Part shown: piece by piece, positions 12,232 through 25,230 of the stretch
Layout: every line of letters starts with the position of its first letter
How positions within the stretch are numbered: the stretch's first letter is position 1
Origin: Chromera velia
Lineage: Eukaryota
NCBI GenBank assembly: GCA_018398765.1
Contig: JAHBMJ010000179.1
Span: 1 to 64,000, forward strand
DNA length: 64,000 nucleotides
Direction: 5' to 3'
Notes under the pieces: generated by a model
What the model was told of the DNA's origin: nothing
The model's database searches: none
Seen by the model: only the letters and a program-made list of their open reading frames with translations
Program-made: the position numbers and the translations under genes

Positions 12232-15019
12232 GGATGAGTCCTGTCTGTGGGCAGGCGCGGGGACTCCTCCAGCCCCCCATGCTTCCCTTCCATTCCATTC
12301 ACTTGCATGCGGTTCGTTCAGAACGAAAGGAAGGCGTGGGGCATGAGAAAGGAGACTTGATGTGAAAGCCAGCAAGATGCAGTTGGTTGGGGTCGAAGGA
12401 AGGAAGGAGACGAGAGAAGAAGGAGCAGAGAAAGAAAACAAAAAACAAGAGAAGAGCAAGAAAAAGAAAGAGAATGAAGGAAAGGAAAGGAGAGGAACGG
12501 AGAGGAGACAGGGGAAGGCGGCCAGACGATCCTGTCTGTGGGCGGGCGCGGGGACGTTCTGGCTTCCCTCCTTGCAGGAAGAAAAAAAAAAGGAGTTGAG
12601 TAGGAGAAAAAAGGAATCCGTCAGTGGATGCTGGGGTTGGGATAGCAGGGAAGGGAGGGATGGGAAGCCATTTGCGCCAACTAGGCAATGTTTCTTTTTT
12701 TTTTTATTTCCATTTTTCACCTTTTTTTTGTTATTTCTGTCCAAGTCACGCATTCATTCATGCCTGAATTGGTGTTTTTGTCTGTCTGTCAGTGGGGGCT
12801 CCTCCCTGGTTGGTTTGGGGTTCTTTGTGTTTGTGTTTGTGTTTGTGTTTGTGTGTCTCTTTGTGTGAGAGAGGGATTGATTTTTCAACTCTGACTTCAG
12901 CTTTAGGCAATTGCTGAAGGAAGTTTTGTTGGATTACTCGCATTTGTGAGTGAATAAAGGCCTTTTCTCACTCCTTCCGTCTCGATCTCACATCTTCGAA
13001 TCGAAGTCGAAATGTCGAATCGACGAGTCACTTGGCGGTCTGTCTCATCTTCCGCAGACAGACATGACAGGCAGGCAGGTAGAAACATAACAACACTAGG
13101 AGAGAGAGCTGCAACGAGACAAGGCGCTCGCAGTCGATTCGTCGATCGATTCGTGGGCCGGCTGAGTCTTTCTGTTCTGTTCTGTTCTGTTCTGTCTGCG
13201 GCGATTGGCACCCGCGTCGGCGCATTTATTTTCACTGGTGATTGCATGGGAGGTGACAGTGAGGGTCAACCAACAACAGAGGAAACAGAACGGAGTGGTT
13301 TTGATTTGGGAAGGCCTGAAGAGAATTGAGAAAAAGAATACGGACATGAAGAGTGAAGAATAAAGGGAAAAACCGAGAGTGCAGTGCAACCACCGTCCCG
13401 TCTGTGGGCAGGCGCGGGGACCTGGTGGTGTTTTGTTTGCCCTTTTTTTCGTTGCCCTACTTAGCAGTTGTTCATGCATCAGTCCTCATGTTCTTCCTTG
13501 CATACTGATTCTTTGCTCGTCTTGTCTTTGTGTCTGTGTGAGGGACAGGACTCCAGTTTCCTTTTTTCGGATCTGTAGATCGGGTGGACTTCAAACCTGC
13601 CCGTGTATTTTTTTGTGTGTGTCTTTCTTTGTTTCTTTGCATGCATGGTAAAAAAGAACGAAGGAAAGAAAAGAGAGACGGAGCCTCCTCTTTGCCGTCG
13701 TCCCGTCTGTGGGCAGGCGCGGGGACACGCGAAAGAAGGAGACATGCAAGAATGGGACTTGAAACGAACATAAACCGACACGCACGTCCTCTTTCTCTTC
13801 CCCGTCGTTCTCTTCCTCCCTCCCTTCATTTACCCAGACACACATACAGTCGTTGACTGATTGAATGAGGTGATTGCTTAGTGATTGCTTCGTGTTCACA
13901 TTTTTCTTTTTTGCTTCGTCAACCCACGGGTCTTTGGACGTGAATTGTGTGTGTGGTTTTTGCCACCCGTTTGTCTCTCTCTGTCGTTTTGTGTCTTCTC
14001 TTCTCTGTCTTTTGTCGTTCTTTCCCCCTTTGCAGTAGAGTCTTCTCTCCTCTACTGTTGGTCGTTTCCTATCCCTGCTTCGCCCCCTCTTCCTTTGAAT
14101 TCTTACCTGCCTGTCTGTTGGATGAAAAGCCGAAAAGAAAAAGCCAAACAGAAAGAAATGTCGGGGCGGGAGTGGTCCCTCATTCTTGGAGTCAAGTTCA
14201 GGTTCAGTTGAAATGGATGACATGCACTCGCACGCAATCTCATTTTTCCCCTTTTCGCTGCGACTGGTGCCAACCGACTCCTCTTCTTTCATGTTCATGG
14301 GGTCATGTCGTTTCCTTCCTCAGAGTCTGCACGTGCTGGGGAGACAGACGTGTGGAGTTCTTCGATCGAAGCGGTGGAGTTGACTGAAGTTGAGAAATGC
14401 ACAGGAGAAAAGTGCAGTTTGCTTTCGCCGTCGTGTTTGCATGCTGTTGCCGTCGTGTTTGCGTGCTTCTTTCTTGTTTTGACGACAGTCGGATCCGATC
14501 TTCTTCCTCTTCCATGATGCAGTCAGTTTGTCTGTCTGTCTGAGTTCTTGGTTGCCTGTCCAGCGTGCAGCGTGTGCATTTTCAGTCTGACCTCACACCT
14601 TACTGGTTTGCATCGCTTCGGTTAAAATAGACAGAGTCGCCTCTCCCTCTTGACAGCTTTCCGCTGTATGGGGAAGCTCGTGGAGGGATGGAGGGAGGAT
14701 CGGTGTCCCGCTGTTTCATTTCTTCACGCATTTTCCCTCCCGCTTCCTCCTCACCCAGTCAGGCAGGCAGGTTGTCGATTCGATTGACAGTCAGTTAATC
14801 CTTTCTCTCTTTCTCACTCCCCCGTTCCCCCTCGTTCTTGAAGTGGAAGTCCGATGGGGTTGAAGTGCATGCTCCTGGCAGGTGTTCATGGATCGATGTG
14901 GTTGTCTTCATTCATCCATTTATTCATTCATTCATCCATTTATTCTTTCATTCATTCATTCAATCATGCACTCACGTTCATTTAGTCCAGGCGGGCAGGC
15001 AGACAGTCTGTGTCCCGAT

Positions 15020-15050
<31 letters not shown>

Positions 15051-15508
15051 CCTGTCTGTCGTTCGATCGTGCGTTGCCACTGTTCGCTGGCTGTTGGTCT
15101 GCTGTAGAGGAAAGAGGGGAACAAAAACACAAAGAGACATCCGGGCATACCAAAACACTTCTTCTTTCATCCAGGTCCACAAAGACACAGAGGGACGAAG
15201 AGAAGTCTACTAGGCTACTCTCAGGGCCAGTCGCCCGCCGGAGGAAAGTGTATGAGACTGTTGCTGCACTGCTGCAGTCTGCAGACGCATTCCTGCATGT
15301 GCATTCTGCGACAGACACGGGGGTAAAGAAGGACTACACCCAGCTAGCTTCCAGTAAGCTGCGGGGCCTTTGAACTCCCTCTGTGTCTCTCTCCAGAAGA
15401 AGTCTCTCTGTGCTGCCTGCCTGATCGAGAAGAAGAACTCTTTTGCACGCCCTTCTGCTGCTCTGACTGTGGGCAGGCGCGGGGGCCGTAGGAGTGGTGC
15501 AAAAAGAG
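12232..15508 (+). ncRNA. Candidate structured non-coding RNA or UTR with five copies of a conserved hairpin
   Basis: CTGTGGGCRGGCGCGGGG core at about 12245, 12536, 13402, 13707 and 15467, each at the apex of a stem-loop whose lower stem differs in sequence but remains complementary. Confidence 0.6.
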
Positions 15509-16136
15509 GGGGAAAAAAAAGAAAGAACGAGCGAAAGAAAGAAAGCTGAAGACTTTTCGGAGTCTATTCCCCAATTCGACCTTCATTAACTCTGTTCATG
15601 CTTATTCGATGAAGTGCATGACAGCTGAATGCCTCGTGCGGTAGAGACAGAACACTGAGCGCGCGCGAGAGCGTTGCCGCAAAGTGCAGCATGAAGTGGT
15701 CGTCCCGCACCATGCATGCATGATCGATATGCCATCATTGTCATGCTGTTGGTCTGCTGCATGATGCATAAAAGCGGATGGAGGTGGGTGTATGGGTGCA
15801 AATCAATGAAACAATGCGTATCTTTAATTACTAGTTTAATTACTGTTAGTTGAGCTAACATTGTCTACAAATAGGCTGACAAACGGCTGATTGATTGAAC
15901 AATCGTTCAAATATCAAGCTAGCGTACTATAGCTAGCGCCACTTTTTGAAAGCTTTCAAAATTAAATTCAAACCAGAATCTAGACTAGAATTCAGAATTT
16001 CACATAAGTTTTCTTCATGACAGTGGTTAATACTAAGGTTAATGAAACTACATATACCCCGCAATATTGAGTAAATTTATATAAATGAATTTGAGCTCAT
16101 TATAATCTTCATTTATATTGAAGTAGATATTGAGCA

Positions 16137-16369
16137 GACCTCCCTGAACCTAACCACCACTTAAAAGTTCAAGCCGCATTTTTAGATAAGCTTGAAAGTC
16201 TGCGCCGCAGGCGTAGATCATTTACGGTATCTTGAAAGTAAAAGCGGCATATCTGGACAATGCCTTGACCATTTACGCCGCAAGCGTGGACGGTCTCTTG
16301 AAAAAAGATGCCACAGATAGAGATCATCCTGATTATGTTTTTTCAAGTGACATTTAGGTTCAGAAGGTT
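16137..16369. mobile_element. Short MITE, same TIR family as 46007-48010
   Basis: GACCTCCCTGAACCTAA...TTAGGTTCAGAAGGTT termini, decayed GCGCCGCAGGCG subterminal repeats, flanks ATTGAGCA/ATTAAGCA (8-bp TSD, 1 mismatch). Confidence 0.75.
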
Positions 16370-16439
16370 ATTAAGCATATAAAATTAAGATGGTATACTA
16401 CCCTATTAAATTGAGGTATAAATGGAGGAAATGCGGCCC

Positions 16440-17279
16440 CATTTCATACTAATTTCCCAAAATGGGCCAATATGTTTTGGATGACATACTCCTCAGCCCG
16501 GAAGAGTTCCGAGATGCCCTCACCCTGCGCTACCAATTTAAGGTGCAGGGAGACAAGAGGAATTGCGAGGGGTATGGGGGCAGCTGGGGGCTGCAGCATG
16601 CCCTCAATTGCAAGAGAGGAGGACATGTCAGAAAAAGACACAACGAAGTAAACCAGGCGTGGTGTGACCTGGCAGAGCTGGCATTCGCATCGGCAGTAGG
16701 AAGGGGGGAGCCAGTAGTGAGGGCAGAGGGAGAGGTACCGGGTCGACCAGCCCTCTACGGGGACTTCTCAGTGCGGGGACTCTGGGCAAGGCAGAGGCAG
16801 GCAATCCTAGAGACAAGGGTGGTTAATACCCAGGCCGCCTCCTATGCACAGGGTGACTGGCAGAAAGTTCTCATCCGGTCAGCCACGGGGAAAAAGGAGC
16901 AGTCTGCCAAGCCGTGCAGGGACAAGGGGTACGATTTCACGCCCCTCGCCAGCAATGTAGATGGGGCTCTCGAAGAGGACGGCGAGATGTTCTTAAAAAA
17001 GGTAGCGCATCTTATGAGTCTGAAGTGGGATAGGACATACAGGTAGGTATGCACATATATAAAGGTAAGAATTCAGGCAGCGCACCACAGAGCAGCCAGC
17101 GGGTGCCTGCGGGGCACCAGAAGAGAGGTGTGAAGAGTGAGCATTGAGGGAGGGGCAGCGGCAGCGGTAGCACTCAGATAGAAGGAGTGACGATCAGCCG
17201 CTCCTAACGGAAAAGGCAAGGTCGTGGGAAGACATAAAGAGCTCTTAGCTGGTAGGAGATAGTTAGTTAGTTAGTTAGA
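16440..17279 (+). mobile_element. 5'-truncated non-LTR retrotransposon of the restriction-like endonuclease (RLE, CRE-like) type, decayed
   Basis: EFRDALTLRY, degenerate CCHC knuckle (CEGY...HALNC), RHNEV motif, D...(D/E) nuclease region YGDFSVRGLW..AILETRV, in-frame stops, (TTAG)n tail at about 17260-17279. Confidence 0.85.
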
Positions 17280-17281
17280 GG

Positions 17282-18498
17282 ATGCCTAACCCCTCCGGCA
17301 CTGCTGTTATTGGTGAGGGTGCTTCCATGACCTGCGCTGCTAAGACCTATGAAGATGTCCCCATGGAGTCCTACACTACCACCTCCATCTCCTACGAGTC
17401 CTCCATCGTTACTGAGACCGTCCCCAAGCTCTACAGATACAAGACCCGCACCATCACTGAGACCGCTACCACCGAGGAGGTCTTCACCGCTTATGATGAC
17501 ATCATTATAGAGGTCGAGTCTGTCAGACCCTCCACTTATACTGAGGCCATCCCCGCCCTTGTCTCTTATTCCACTGCCACTGTCTCTGAGACCGTGACTG
17601 TGTCCAATAACCACGTTGACTACATCTCTTGCTCCTCTGCCGGTTCTTCCCCTGGCGTCTTCTTCAGCAGTGCCGGTGCTTCTGGCTGCCTCTCTGAGAT
17701 GAAGTACAGAGTTGTGACCAACTTCTACACCGAGACCGTCCCCGCCATCGCTACCTACTTCACTGAGGACAGCTTCTAGACTCAGACCGTTGAGGAGACT
17801 GAGCAGGCCTACGAGACCAGAACCCTTATGGAGACTGGCCACTCCATTGCCACCTCCTACACCACCGAGTCCGTTGCCCCCAACACTCTCGTTGAGTACC
17901 AGACTACCTACCAGCCCCAGTCCTGCTCTGGCACTGGCAGCGGTTCTGGCTTCGGAAGCGGCTTTGGCTCCATGGGTGGCTTTGCTTGCGGCATGAAGAT
18001 CGTCTCTTCCACTGTCCCCATGACTGAGACGTCTCTATGATCCTAACTTATACCACTGAGACCATCTTTGAGACTGCCCACTCTGAGCAGGTGTCTGCCG
18101 TTGCCCAAAAATCCACCATGATGGTGTCTAAGATGGGCTTCCGCACTGAGACCATCTCCAAGACCGTCATTCCCACCACCACTTACCGCACTGAGTCTTC
18201 TACCACTTACTCCTGCCCCGCCGGCACTGTGGACACTGGCTCTGCCTGCGCTTCCACCGTGTCTGTTCCCGCTGAGTTTTCTTGCCCCGCCGGTTCCTCC
18301 TCCGGCTCTGCCGCTGGTGGATGCACCAAGACCACCTACACTCAGGTGACCTCCTGCCCCGAGGGCTTCACTGACACTGGCAAAAAGTACGTGGCCACTG
18401 CCTCCATCCCTGCCACCACCATGGCTGCCCCCGCCCCCAAGGGCAAGTACTCCACTCCCACTAAGCACTCCCGCCATCACGGCCACAAGCACGACTGA
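17282..18498 (+). pseudogene. Thr/Ser-rich secreted-type protein with oocyst-wall-protein-like Cys motifs, disrupted
   Basis: Strong C/T third-position bias; motifs SCPAGTVDTGSAC, SCPAG..GGC, SCPEGFTDTGKKY; His-rich C-terminus; TAG at 17777-17779 and a frame break near 18037; 5' end abuts the retroelement tail. Confidence 0.65.
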
Positions 18499-21400
18499 GC
18501 GCCAGGCCCAGCGCGTAGGAGCACAGAACAGAAAGCGCATGTATAAATAGGTGCGGGGTGACTAACATACTGAAGCTGTCTGGAAGCTTAGCGTACCGGA
18601 CTTTTTCGTAGGCAGATCGCAGCGTTGCTCGTGTGAAAAGCTGTGAGAGATCATGTGTCTTGCTCAATTGTGTGTCCTTATCTACTGTATATGACTATGT
18701 GTGGGCCCGATGTGTGTCCGCCGACTACGATGTGTAACGTGCTTGTGAATGTGATGAAGTTCTATGTTTTTTCTATGTTAGCCCTCAGAGAGTCTTACAG
18801 CTGTTTGACCTGCATTATACGTTGTGCATATATACATGATACTGAAACATTGTTGTGTTGACGCCTTTTTGTAAACAAAAATTCCGGTTGTAGTTGCGAG
18901 CTTGCTGCCTTAGCCCTGCATGAGTCTCTGACAACAGTACGTCAATGCAGTACCTTATTGAATGCATGATCGAGACTGTGACGAAGAATCATGCAACATT
19001 CCGCCCAGGTAAAAATTGTTGACAGGTAACATTTGTTAGTAGCTTGCAACATCATTGCCAATATAAACATAAAATTTATTTATGTTCATAAAGTAAACTT
19101 GAAGTTTATCAATTATAATAATTCTTAATATAATATGAGAAACTAAGCTCATGTAATGACAATGATATTCAGAAAGAATGAATGTTATAAAAGCTTTAAA
19201 CAATTCAACATAATTCTTTTAATTAATTAAATTGAAACAGTCAATTTGGCTAGTGTATAGGCCAATGTAGGGAAGTATTCAACTTTGTGGCAAAAGAATA
19301 TTTATATTTATCAATTAATTAGTGCTACTACTAAGTTTACTACTGTTACACCCTAGGATACCCTAGGTTACACCATGCACGGTTAGGAGGGGGGATGGTT
19401 ACCAGGTGGTAGGTGCCAGGTGGCCACTTACCTAGCCACTTACTCCTATCCGTATTAGTACAGTACTTCCCCCTTCTAAATCATAACTCATATCATTCTA
19501 ATACATTTATGGATATATTTTTTGTATTTAAAATTATAACGCATCATGTAGCACGACGAAGTGTGTCATAGTCATAGTTATTATAACGCATAAAAAAAGT
19601 TATTAATATACAAGTAGTTTTTAAGTACGTTGGGGTCACCAAAGGCTTTTTGCTTAAATTACTTAATTCAAGCACAGTTTTAGTTTAAATTTGTACAAAA
19701 ATTATAAAAATTTATCATCATCATCATCATACGCCATCGCCATCGGCCCATAATTAGGCGTCTAGCGTTTGGCAAGTCAGCATAGGCAGCTAGAGCAGGT
19801 TGAATGAACGTAGGAAGGGTAATTTCGACTGTTATACTACAGTGTCCTAGCTAGTGTACTGGTAGACGACGGACCTGACCAAATGTTGCTCACTGTCACT
19901 GCTGCCATTGCCGACATGTCGCTGAGTCAAACCGTGGATGAGTCCCTGGGGTAATTATGATATACGTTGTAATTCTTTCACCTGCCCCCTTGTGTATACT
20001 GCATGTGTAATATGGTGTGTGCCATCATCGTCTTCTTAGTCAAAGTTGAAGAGGAAGTCCTCCTCTTCGCCTTCATCCTCCCCCTTATCCTCATCAAAGT
20101 CGTCATCTTCATCCTCCTCATTCTGCCTCTCGGTCAAGGAAAAGTTAGACTCTTCCTCTTTTTCCTTTCCGTCTCTAGAACCTGCAATTCAATTGATGGT
20201 CTATGTGCAGAAGAGCCTTGATAATATTATTCCTTCTTTGTAAATTCAACAAACTCAAATTAAATTCAACAAACTCAAAATGAATTGAATTGTGCAGAAG
20301 GGCTTTGAGAATCCATCTTTGCTTTCACTGTCCATCAGGGTGTGTTAAAGGCTTGAAGTTTGCATCATTCTATATCCAATTGATGCATATGATCATGCAA
20401 AATCTGCGCCATTCACAAAAATGCCAAAAAGAAATTGGACCGACATACTGCAATGACTCCCCTGGGCCCCTTTTCTCTACTCAAAAAAATACACAGGCAG
20501 ACGGAAAACTTGAAGGACACACTTGATGCCTAATATGTACTTTATCTAAGCAGTCGACTAGGTAGCATTTCTTTCAGAAGATATTAAAAATGTCACTGAC
20601 ACATGCAATCACACAAACAGATGCACCCTCAAGTAGCTTTCACAGAACCAGAAGATGCAGGCAAAGGAGACACTGCGATCGAAATTGACACAAGGCTTTC
20701 ATTTAGGTCTAAGTTGACACAAAAATTGATTGAGACGAAAGAAAGCTCTTAAGCACACGAAGTGAACGAAGCAAGATTTGGTAAAGCATCAGATCAGACT
20801 AACTTACCGTCACTGCCCTCCTTCAGCTCCTGGATGGCGCCTCTTGCAATTTTCGTCCTGCATACATTCGGTAGTCGTCAGTTGCATCACCGCATTTTGC
20901 CAAAGGGCTGGCAAGCTGTTCGAATGGGATATAAAAAATGGAACTCATTATGAGTATGACATGTGTGTAAAATTGAATCGCAAAGAAACATCTACCGCAA
21001 TATATACACCAACAAAACTTCGGTTGAATCAAGCAACATATTCTGTCCAGGCAAAGAAGCGCATGCGAAAAGGAGGCTGTTTTCTTAATCAGGTGGGGGG
21101 GGACTCACTGAGAAACCTAGAAAAGAAACAATTAGTGCATTCCCTCATTGCCTGAGAAGAGAAGCAGGACTGCAGGTATGAGGGCATATCCATGGCACTG
21201 CCAGCTGGATGGGAGATGGCATTAGATGTAACAAAAAAATACCATCGCGGGCGCAAATTGTTCGTTGTCGACTAGTTTAGTTCTAGAAAGAAAAAGCGAA
21301 TGAAGAAAAAGAAAAAGAAAATGATTCACGTACCAGCGTTCTGCCGTTTGGGTCTTCCCCCCTATTCCTGGGCTTTTCTCTTCTCCTCATCCTTTCAAAG

Positions 21401-21525
21401 TTTGTTGGTGTAACTGTTTATTTCGACTGCAAGAGGATCATGCACGCGTAAACCAACGAAGTTTTTATGGCCAGGTTAAATTTGACTGCCCTCTCACTCT
21501 TTCTCTCCCTCTCCCCCCCCCCCCC

Positions 21526-21573
21526 NNNNNNNNNNNNNNNNNNNNNNNNNNNNNNNNNNNNNNNNNNNNNNNN
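21526..21573. other. Assembly gap
   Basis: N run between a poly-C tract and (TG)n. Confidence 0.99.
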
Positions 21574-21582
21574 TCTGTGTAT

Positions 21583-21619
<37 letters not shown>

Positions 21620-21659
21620 CAGTAAATACACTCACAAACGCATGCATACAGACGAAGCT

Positions 21660-23520
21660 TCAAACTTGTGCCGCGTGCGCAAAGTCAGAGACAGTCACGT
21701 ATTTTGAAGATTGCTGAAACGATTCAAAATGCATGTAAAGGGGGGCTTTCGAAGTCTCCACCCCAATCCTACGGAAGACGGCTCGCACAAACGACCAACA
21801 GTTATCACTGACGAGCCGGTACTGGTCCTCCGTCCATCGGCCCGTGCCTATGACGCACTGCACCACGTCCTGGAACTTGCGCCGCCAATTTCCCTTCCAG
21901 TGTGCAACAAGAACAGACCTCTCAGCAACGATTCTCTGATACAGATGCAAAGAGAAATTCAGACAAGAACCTGGCTTGGAAAGTAAAAGCGAGAGACTTA
22001 ACAAGAAACGAAGGCGGAGACAACACGACACACAAGAAAAAACCCTGAGGTCAAATGTAGAGGAGAAATCATTCAGTCCGAGAAAAAAAAAAAACCTTTG
22101 CGACAAGAACTATCTGAAAGATCTTAATTCCGCTTAGCGCAGACTGTGCTTTCATTAAATTATCGGACTGCATGGAGACGTAGCTCTTGACGGATGCTGC
22201 CTGGGTTTATATTTCCATCTTGAGCTGTTTTTTTTGCACTGAGAGCAGTGCATTGAACAAATAAATTGCAAATAAATTGCTTTAACCAGTTTAATGCAAA
22301 CAATTATTGCAATAGTTGCAATTAATTGCCAATAATTGCTTATAAAACAAAAATTTAATTTTTTTAAGTGCTTTAGGGTGTTTAAAGGACTATTAATAAC
22401 ATTTTTGTGTGTTTTTATGCATATTTAATGTGATGTACAGTATTTTAATACTTATATAAATGAATTTAAAATCTTTGAAAGGAGTTATACTAAGTTATAC
22501 AACTTATTACTAAGCTATTACTTCGTATTAATACCTGTAATATATTTAACAATAACTTTTTTTATTTTTTAAGATAGAAAATATAAACTTAGAATTCAAT
22601 ATAAATGATAAACAATATGAACACACTTTCATGTACGGTTTATAACATAAAAATTCTGCAACTGTACGTACAAGCAGTAAAAACTTACTGCTGACACGTA
22701 TAATGCTTCAATTTTATGAGTATGCTACATGCAAACAAGGCCATATCCACGAAAACATCCATGCAATCGATCATACAATAGCAGAAACGAGAAAACACGA
22801 AGGCCACAACATTTTTATGCATCACTCAGTATCATTCATGAATCAAAAAAACGTATCAAAGCATGCAATTTTGTGAGTATGCACCGCGCGCATGCTTGAT
22901 CGCTTTGGCGCCCTATAACGTGCGTTTGGCCTTGTTTTTCACTAGCTTTGAGCCTAATAAAACACCTCAGACTCTCAATTTTGAAATTGTATACAATTAT
23001 TGCAATGAATTGCAATGAGCTAAGAGCTTGCAATGAATTATTGCTCCCAATTATTTGCAATTATTGCAATTACAATTATTGCTTTCAATGCACTGACTGA
23101 GAGAAAGACTCGCTTTTCTTTTCTCTACTGACTTCCTACCACCAAGCTTGGTCATGATGAGTTTGCGCAGATTCAGATGGAGCAAGGGCTGACCAAATAT
23201 TTGTTATGCGCAGAGAAAAAGAAAAAAATGCTCTAGCAATCGAATGAAATGACCTTGACATACAGTCGAGCAACCGGCTGAACTAACTATTTAAATTCGG
23301 ACTCACTACGAGTCATTAATTCCCTCCATGGACTTGAGAAAGCATAAATAGAATAAATAGATTTTTCAGAAAACTCAAAATAATTTTATAAAACTCAAAC
23401 TCAATTTATTTCATTTATGCGGACTTACCACGAGTTTTTCCTGCCATTGACTTCAGAAAGTCGTCGGATCTCTCAGTAATGAACTTTCGCATTCGATCGG
23501 AGTCTGGGTGGCGTTTGACC
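21660..23520 (-). pseudogene. Permuted papain-fold (PPPDE/NlpC-P60-like) peptidase gene, probably disrupted
   Basis: Exon encoding WTEDQYRLVSDNCWSFVRAVF matches the Y-x-L-x-x-x-N-C-x-x-F catalytic motif; upstream exon-like pieces at about 23110-23210 (contains a stop) and 23425-23520; MITE inserted in between. Confidence 0.5.
22246..23095. mobile_element. Non-autonomous hAT-type element (MITE), copy 1
   Basis: TIR CAGTGCATTGAA...TTCAATGCACTG, perfect 8-bp TSD ACTGAGAG, ATTGCA subterminal repeats. Confidence 0.93.
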
Positions 23521-23676
23521 TGCAATGCATGGAATCCGATCAAGAAGGTCGTGAAAAATAACTGGAATGGTAATGTTGCATGTACTAATGTGAATGCATA
23601 ACGCGTGGCCTTTGAGAAAAGTGGATGATAGGAGGAGACTGTCGCCCGAAAGAAATAAGTACGAACACAACAAAAT

Positions 23677-23715
<39 letters not shown>

Positions 23716-24782
23716 AAGCACTGCGGAACGGCCAACTGCTACAACCATGCATACAGGTCTCCGAAGAAAAACCTGAAAAAATTTGAACGGACGAACTTTT
23801 TTAAAAAACGGTCCAAATCAAAACATGCTGGAGAATGTAACTGTTACACGACAAAAAGTCCAAAGAAGGGCTTCCAGAATCACAGTTTGAGTGACTAGTT
23901 TCTGACCTTCATGCCGAGACGATCCATCTCCCTCTGGACCCGCTTGCTGCTTCTTCCTGCTGCTCCTGATCTGCAAGCAGCCAGCCAGGAAAGGAAAGCA
24001 AAGAGCGGAGACAGGAGAAAGGGGTGCAACAGAGAAAGTTGCAGGAGCAGCCACCTTTTCTACTTGTGGAATGGGAAGCCAGAGGGTTTGATCGAGCTGC
24101 TCGTGGCCACTGGAGGGAGGAGGCTGGCTGGGAGGCTGAAAAGGTGGGAGGGGAAGGGCTGGGCTACAGGAATTTCATGAGAAACTCTGAAGATAAAAAC
24201 GCCCAAGTGGCACAGTTTGACAAGAGACAGTTTCAATTTGACGGAGAAGACATACCATTCTATAGAAAGATGGACAGCAACGCTCACTTGAAAGAAGATG
24301 AGAACTGAAGATTCGCATCGCCAAAAGTCATCTGATAACTTGATGTTCAGCTTTGTGCGGCCATTGGACGGATTTCTAACAGGGAAAGACGGAAAGGGAA
24401 GTAAAAACACTGCTTCTTGGGCCTGACTAAACAGCCACGTAAAGGAACAGTCACGGCTTCTCACATCAGTCTTTAATGTGATTACACATATTAGTGCTTA
24501 ATATGATTAGGTCTCCACCCGTCCAAGCTCGCCTCGTGCAAAGGCGGAGAGCATGACTTCCAAGAAGAGGGACATTCTACCGCACAAAGAAAGAAATGCT
24601 CACCTCAGGCCGCCTGCGACTGCACGTCTGATCTATCTCCTCTAGCGGTCCCCCTCGCGCTCCATGTCCTCCCCGCCCGCCTGCACGGGACAATTGAAAT
24701 GAATACAACGAGGGCAGCGAGAACGATAATGAGAATGAAAGACTGCATGACTGGCAGACAGACTGACTCAATGAATGAACGA

Positions 24783-24784
<2 letters not shown>

Positions 24785-24864
<80 letters not shown>

Positions 24865-25198
24865 GCGTACGTGCGTTCCTGTTGCTGCGAAATGAAATTC
24901 GTTACTTCAGTAACCCTCCTTGCCTCTTGAGAGAAAGAGAGAAATAGAGAGAAAGAGAGAGAAAGACAGAGAGAAAGAGAAAGAGAGAAGAAGAGAGGAA
25001 GAGAGAGAGGAAGAAAGAAAGAAAGAGAGAGAGAGGGAGAGAAGAAGAGAGAAAGAGAGAAAGAGAGAAAAAGAGAGAAAGAGAGCGAGAGAGAGAGCCA
25101 GAGAGAGAGCGAGAGCGAGACCGAGAGAGAGAGAGCGAGACAGAGAGAGAGAGAGAGCGAGAGCGAGAGTGGGAGCGAGAGCAAGAGACAGAGAGAGC

Positions 25199-25230
<32 letters not shown>
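24785..25230. repeat. (TG)n and long (GA)n-type microsatellites
   Basis: Directly visible at about 24785-24865 and 24927-25230. Confidence 0.95.

Noticed and set aside
14513..14590. Possible C/D box snoRNA (ATGATG...CTGA)
   Set aside because: Imperfect C box, no terminal stem, no recognisable rRNA guide
12232..15508. CRISPR-like or protein-coding explanation for the 5-copy motif (LWAGAG in several ORFs)
   Set aside because: Spacing is irregular, ORFs are low-complexity and in differing contexts, and conservation follows base pairing rather than codons
19380..21300. Acidic and Cys-containing coding-like fragments, probably a decayed transposon
   Set aside because: Many stops, no assignable motif and no ends found
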